DNA from: Perkinsus chesapeaki ATCC PRA-425
Taxonomy: Eukaryota; Protista; Perkinsozoa
NCBI GenBank assembly: GCA_013115145.1
Contig: JAAPAO010000086.1
Span: 22,761-86,760, forward strand
Reading direction: 5' to 3'
Length of the DNA: 64,000 nt
Shown here: piece by piece, positions 57,601 through 64,000 of the stretch
Layout of the letters: the number at the start of each line of letters is the position of its first letter
How positions within the stretch are numbered: position 1 is the stretch's first letter
Program-made: the position numbers and the translations under genes
Notes under the pieces: generated by a model
What the model saw: only the letters and a program-made list of their open reading frames with translations
The model's database searches: none
Told to the model about the DNA's origin: nothing

Positions 57601-60600
57601 AGTCTTCCCTGAGATAGCTATACCGCTAGACGTACTCTAAGGATGTCAATCTCTTTTCGGGCTTCGCCGAGCTTCTCGTTGTACCGAGCTTCCGCTCCTT
57701 CCGAGCTCAACCTCAGAGCCTCTAGAGAAGATGAGTTCGTCAGTTGGTGTGCGCAAGAGATCCTTACGGAGCTGACCCTGGAGACTGTCTGCGGCTGCGT
57801 CCCTTTCCTCAACAACGTGACGGAGCTTCTCGAGCTCCTCTAGGACTCCCTATCAAGATTCGGCTTTCCTAGACTTCCAGATGTCCAGTGAAAGCTCGCT
57901 TGCCGTGCAAGGAGCATCTTACAGCTTTTTGAACGTCTTTGTCATCAAGAGCAGATGCCAAGGCATCGATCTTTCCTTTGAGATCAGCGGCCTCCTCGGA
58001 ACTTTGCGCTAAGAGGCTGGATACTGAGAACTCTCAAAGCTGCTAGCGTACCGTGTAGGGTCAATGCCTCGGCCAGCTTTTCCTCCAAAACTACAGCAGA
58101 ATCGCCGACATGGGTTAATTCCTACGAGACGAATGCTGGTGATTGATACCAGGCCATCGAGTGACAAGTCCTTGGAGCCAGTTACCATCACTCTATTTTA
58201 TGGATAGACGGGACTATTGACTTTTTACACTTGTTAACAATTTTACTACAATATAAACCCATTGTGGTGAAGTGAGACGTTGTAGAGTGGGCAACCATAG
58301 ACGAGCCATCTAACCTACCCTAGCCTGCTCGACATTTTGCTCTCTGGTGGCAGACAAAGCCGTCTTGGTATCCTCGAGTTCCTGACTAAGCTCATGGCAT
58401 TTCTCCTGAAAGGTACGGCGCGATATCCAACACATACAAGGTCCTTTCCAGTTCATACTTTCCACTCTTCTTGAGATTTCAGCACTTCTTCGAGCCTAGC
58501 TTGAGCCTCCTGGTACTGGCCTTCCAGAGACACTCTATCAGTCTCAACTGCACCTATACATACAGCCTGTTATAGCAAGGCTGAGTCGAACATACAATTG
58601 AAAGTAGACATGTTTGATGGTAGTAGCAGACTGCCACCTTCGCGTTCCTTACGTAAGGCGTTTTCAGCAGCTTCGCGCCCTTCGCTGGCTTCCTTAAGAC
58701 ACACCTCTTGCTTCCATATATCCTAAGTCGAAACTTAAGAGACAGCGGAAGAGAAGGCACCAATGGCTAGCGAAATACGTCCAGGAACCTCACGTCCGAA
58801 ATTGCCTGCTTCTCAACCCTCAGAGTTTCGATTTCGTCTCTTCGTTGATCGTTCTCCTTTCGAGCGTTATCAAGCTCTGCCTGTACTTTATCTACATAGT
58901 AACCACTCATTGTAAGTACGTTCAGGGACATAAATCATACCTAGCTCCTTTGCTAGCTGCTCCATCTGACTAGACGAGTCCCCAGCTTCATCAAGACGTC
59001 GGAGCAACGTGTCACGCTCCTTCTCAATTTGTATCTTGGATGGTATTCTCGCAGGAACGCAATCTATCTCACCCTTTCGGTCTCAAGCTGCTCGAGTGCT
59101 TCTTCTAGACGAGATATTCGCTCCCTGGCAATCATCTCCTTTGCAGTGAGCTAATGAGACATATCATCGAGACGCGAACCATGGAAAGCACAGGCTCCGA
59201 CTCGTGATGCAAGGAAAGTCGTGAAGGATCGGCAAAGGCTCATTGCTAGCTCGCTTACTTCATCCAGCTCCTCGTGTACCAGTCTGGACCGTTCTTCTTG
59301 TGCTGCCTGTCAGGAGAACGTCGGCCATCCTTAGGCACCAAGATGACATATACTCACTCTTTCAGCTTTCTCGGTCACAAGCTTCTCTTCTGACTCTCGG
59401 AGCGATGCCGTCAGCGCATTTAGTTCACCACTCAGGGTCACCTGCAGGTGAGCCCGTTCCACGGCACTAGCCCGCGTGATGGGTACCAGCTCAGCCTTTT
59501 TCTCGCCAAGTTGCTTTTCCATCAACTCAAGCTCGAGGCGAACACTTGATATCTCTCGGCTGTGCTCCTCCTTTTTCGCTTCTAGCATAGCTCGGGAGTC
59601 GTCGCCTAGATACGGTCGCCCTCTCCGAGAATCAGTTCTCTCGAAAGGGATCTCACCCTCCTTTTTGGATATCTCTGCTCGCGCTTCCTCTGCAAGAGTC
59701 ATTTCCCGTATCTGCATTACCAAAAGATGCCATGTGGAGTGAAGTGACAGGCTCCGTCACGGCTGCTGAGCTTTCCTTGCTAACTAGAATCAAAGTGCAA
59801 GGTCTACAATGAAGACTACTTATTCGGTGCGTGAAGCTATGCAACCAGGCAGTTGAGGAACATGGTAATTTCCGACAAAGACCGTTATTGAATAGACGTC
59901 ACCTTAGCCTCTAAGGATTCAAGAGTGTCAGTCAGCGCCTCCACTTCCTTTATGTGACCCTCGCTCATTTCTTCGATCGTTTTCTCGTGATCCTGCATAG
60001 CACAGACGAGTACATCTTCGGGAGACCCAACACTTCTTACATTACGAATACTCTCCAGCTGAACGCGCAAAGATTCCATTTGCTCCTCATGTGTGGCTTC
60101 AGCTCGAGCATGCAACTGCAACAAAGCGTTCTGAGGCCTGTTCAGACACGGCTTGCCTCTCTGCCGCGCTGTAGCTCTTCTTCAGACTTCTGCAAACTAC
60201 CACTCACTTCTTGGATATCTCTCTGGAGCGACGCCTGACGCATAAGTTCCAATTTCGAGGTGGTATACATGTAGACAGAAATAGAAGTTCTAGGGGTTCT
60301 TAAAACAAGAAATGGGGAGCCCGGCAAGCTATGAAAGTATCTGGTCGATGCAAGATCCCCCCGAGAATTCCTGCAGCTGACACAATTACTCCGCAATAGC
60401 CCAAAACTGAGCACACTATGAACTTACGTTAGCTTGCATCAGTTCCTGTTTCTCTTCCTCAGCCCTGGTTGTGGCTTCATCGCGGCTAGCAGATATTTCA
60501 TATTCCTGGAGCCGCAGTGTATAGACAGCCCTCCGAAACTGGTGGCACCTACTTGTCTCGCACTCTCTTGCCGAGCTTCCTCAAGTAACGTCTTGAGTTT

Positions 60601-63600
60601 TTCGAGCTCCTCTTCCACCATTTCTTTCTTCGACCGACGAAGTCCCTTCTCTTCCTCGTAACCTGACGAAGCACTGCAGTGAATCAGTCCATCCCTAGAT
60701 GCCCAACAGTATCGGGCGAGTATCGCTACTGTTGATCTGAAACTCCAATGCCATGACCTTCGCCGTAAGGGCATCTTTTGCACCGGTCAATGCCTCCTCT
60801 CTTTTCTGACGGTAATCAATGCTGCTTCAGTCCGGTGGTCCCTTGCCCTCCTACTTTTCCCTCCGCCTCGCTTTTATCCAACTTTTCCTGTATCTCGCTG
60901 AGCCTAGCCTGAAGCTCTGTCACCATCTGCCTTTGCCGGTCCTGAGACAGCGCATCTCAAGCTCCCGGTCCCAACCGTCTTATTCAAACCACACGGACCT
61001 CCTGCACCTTCGCGTCATCCAATTTCGCGAGACGCCCAGCTTCGCTCGCTCGCATTCCTCCCATTGTAGCACGGAGCTCCTATGACCATAACTTCGACAG
61101 GCGATCAATCTCAAGCCCACTTCGTTGGCGTCTCCCAAGCAACTGGCCTCCGCCCGCAGTGTATCGAGTTCATCTTTTAGCCTTTGCCTTTCCTCTTCGT
61201 GATCCTGGAAGGTAGATGCTCGGTGTGTTAGCATTGTTACACCAAAGTGTGAGAGAATATTCACTTATTCGTAATGCATGGATCTAGCTGTACTGTTATT
61301 AATATCCAGAATACTAATTTTGTTTCTACTGCGAGAATCATTATTTGCTGGTCTCAAGTTGAGAGACAACCGTTTACCTGCAAGTCTCTTGCATGCTTTT
61401 CACGTTCTTCTCTTAACAAGACGAGTTGCCGCTCCATGTCCTCATATGACTCTCTCATTACAACGACTGATGATTCCTCAGGTGTTATCTGATAGCAAAC
61501 GGGTCGAATAGCTATGTCCACTGTTGGTCTACTTTGCCACTAGAAGTAGCATCTTCGAATGCGCTTCCACGTTGGCTCTCTTCAGCGTTCTCTAGGACAG
61601 TAAAGCCTCGCGAAACATCAGAGTGACTGGGTACTGAGTTGCTGCTGCAGTTGCTCAACACGTTCCCTAAGTTCTTCTGTTTCCAATGTGACCCCAGGGA
61701 CCTGCCTACAGGCCTAAATCGAGCTCAATATACCCTCCAAGAGGAGGGATGATATACTCACTTCTCCCTCACCGGAAGCAACGCACTCCCCTTCGATTGA
61801 GCCAGCTTCCTGGAAAACAGGCACTTGGCAAGACATTTGGAGATTCGTCCAGCTATTTGCCCATCATGGTCCGTTTTTGTCTTATAACTTCGCGCAAGTG
61901 AAGGGAATCCCCGGAACTTGCCTTCCTATTCTTCTCGAGCAGCGCCTGGAACTCCGCAACCTTGGCCACTGTTTCCATGAGACGGGTCTCAAGTGAAGCC
62001 GATCGCTCCCTTTCCGCAACTAGTTCAGCCTCCAAGTGAGGAGCTGCAAACATGGTAACTGGATATTTGAAGACAGCTGTTACCAAGCCCTACCAGAATG
62101 TTCTCCCTCGGTAGCCCTGAGCTCAACTTCGCGTTCTCGTAGCCTAGCCGAGGCCCTCTCACATTCGACACGGAGGCCGGCCTGAAAAGCCGTAAAGAGA
62201 GTGGCCATTCGCCACTGCTGCTGCCACCTTGTCGGCCTCCAGCTGGTCTCGAGCGGCTTTGAGCAATACGATTTCGTCTTCAAGCGCTGCAATGTGCGAA
62301 GGGTCGGCCGCTTGGCTCGTATCAACGGGCAATGCCGGGAGATACTGTTGCTGAATCGACGCGCTTCTCAAATAAGACAGCGAGTTCCTCACCACGTTCT
62401 CCAACTCCTTCGTTTCTGTCGTTTCCCTTCTCCAGGAGGTGAACGAAGACCGCGCGAGTTCATATTGGTGGGCGTTCCTATCGAGATCCGTAATTTTACA
62501 TCCCGCAACATGTGGCTGAACCTAATCCTTCTCTCCGTCGCCTCCCTAGCATGGATATCTTGTCTAGTGCAGGTAAACCAGCACCGAAGTACTGCGGTTA
62601 TGAGGGTTCCTATATAAAGCTACCCGTCGAGAATGATCGGAGTTCTATCTACGTTTCTGTCCAAGTATCCACTTCCTGAGAAGTATGCGGGCTTGGGGAT
62701 GACGCTGTTGTCGATTATGGTTCTGCTTCAGCATAGCGTCTAGCTTGTAGACCTGAGTCGAATGGGTTATCAGAGATTCCTTAGGCCCTACGGTTCGCTC
62801 GAGCTGATCGCTTTTGGCTTTGTGACGATGAGCGTCCTTTTTAGCTCTTAACATGTCCGCAACTACCACATCAGTGGCAGCGATACTCCTACGGAGTAGA
62901 GCTTTCGTCTGGACCTATTTTTAATAAGCTATTAACGTGAATATGAACCAGAACATAGTAAGGATTATAAGGGAAGATAGCAGTGTCTCACACAGTAGCC
63001 TTCCGTGGCTTGTCTGAGCCTGTCCGAGTCCTCTGCCTTTCGGCCTCCCGCTGCACTATGCCTAATATTATCCAGTCTCTTAAGGCCCGATACTAACCCA
63101 GTGAAAGACTCTTCCAGCACCTGCAGGCTCAAATGCTCAGAGTCATATTATGCAAGGAGGCCTGCCTGAAGTCTCTCCCTTCCACCCGAATCCTGCAAGT
63201 TGTCAACACCGCCTGCAACTGGTTTCCCCTCTCCTTCCGAGTCCGTCCATGACTCGGCCTCCAGGCGGTATCTTAACTCTCGGTCAGGTGGAGCTTAGCG
63301 CCATTATTGCATTTCCTTGCCTTGCGCTTTCAACAATCTCTTGATTGGTAAGTTCCAGCTCTCTAGCTGTCTTGGCTGCGGAGACCCGGAGAGTTGACAG
63401 GTTGCGCTCGAGTAGCTGAGCATATGAATAGTAACGCCGACTTTTACAGTCACGATGTTACCTTTATCTTCCGTAAGGCCTCGTTTCTTTCGTTTCGAAT
63501 ACGTGTAGATTTCTGAGTCACATTGGCAACTTCCTGCTTGGCAGTCATCTTGTTAAAGATGCTTACGTTAACCGAGGAGCGAGTCTGGTTTTCATCAAAA

Positions 63601-63656
63601 GGGTCGAAGCTTTCTCTGGGGCTGCCAATGGATTCTTCCGAGGTGGATGGAGACAT
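54666..63656 (-). CDS. Very large coiled-coil protein with C-terminal NHR (neuralized homology)/SPRY-like domain
   Basis: Dozens of E/K/R/L-rich heptad exons between 56 and 63.6 kb. Terminal exons FCSTNLSPYITVSPNGMEAEY..GVVMTDRPL and GQKVGLLVS..LFIIVDGEVV..KELYGVVDLIG match the NHR/SPRY beta-sandwich pattern. ATG at 63656 (MSPSTSEES). May be more than one gene. Confidence 0.7.
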
Positions 63657-64000
63657 TCAGTGGAAAGGTACTGTGTTGAATAATAATATCACTTATCATA
63701 GACAGCCGGCCACTCCGGGGCTATCTAGCTAGCCTCGATCAGAAAGCACAGAATCGCTAGGTGGGATAGGAAAAATGAACAACTTCAATCCGGGAGCGTC
63801 GGCCTGATTGAGATCCCCCCTACAGACTGCCTTCTGGAAAATCCAATGGAAAACCGTCATTACTAGTGAGTGAGTTTCGCGAGGGCACGAACGAAGTATG
63901 TGGTGCAAGGACTGCGGTTCCTGAATTTGTAACAGATCGCTCAGATTGCATGATCACGAAAGTAAATAATGACACCCAGGTTCGATTCCAGGTGGCGGCA

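Overview
Gene-dense eukaryotic DNA with many short (about 40-60 nt) GT-AG introns. The gene content and architecture look like a Perkinsus-type (myzozoan/alveolate) protist; this is inferred, not shown. About 22 spliced protein-coding genes can be assembled by hand. Most coordinates rest on manually inferred splice junctions and are approximate. Housekeeping genes: MMS19, EXO1, an ABC1/ADCK kinase, DHX37/Dhr1, an organellar uL14 and glutamine-dependent NAD synthetase. The most notable region is 4.0-14.2 kb. There a p62/SQSTM1-NBR1-like gene (PB1 with both Lys and OPCA, two ZZ fingers with intact N-degron-type acidic residues, an acidic WxxL LIR-like motif) is followed by three co-oriented homologues. 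Each homologue has a basic-only PB1-like domain, four ZZ-type fingers alternating full and half, and a shared C-terminal W-containing motif. This is a candidate scaffold-plus-adaptor selective-autophagy/N-degron receptor system. Other unusual items: a DHHC-like gene ending DHHD-stop; an intronless MMS19 preceded by a spliced-leader-like 9-mer; a 2xCNBD + receiver-domain fusion; an octopine/tauropine-type opine dehydrogenase; an intron made largely of a chimeric tRNA 3' fragment; a palindromic 35/36-bp minisatellite; and a perfect 27-bp inverted repeat. No complete tRNA/rRNA gene, CRISPR array or intact transposon was recognised.
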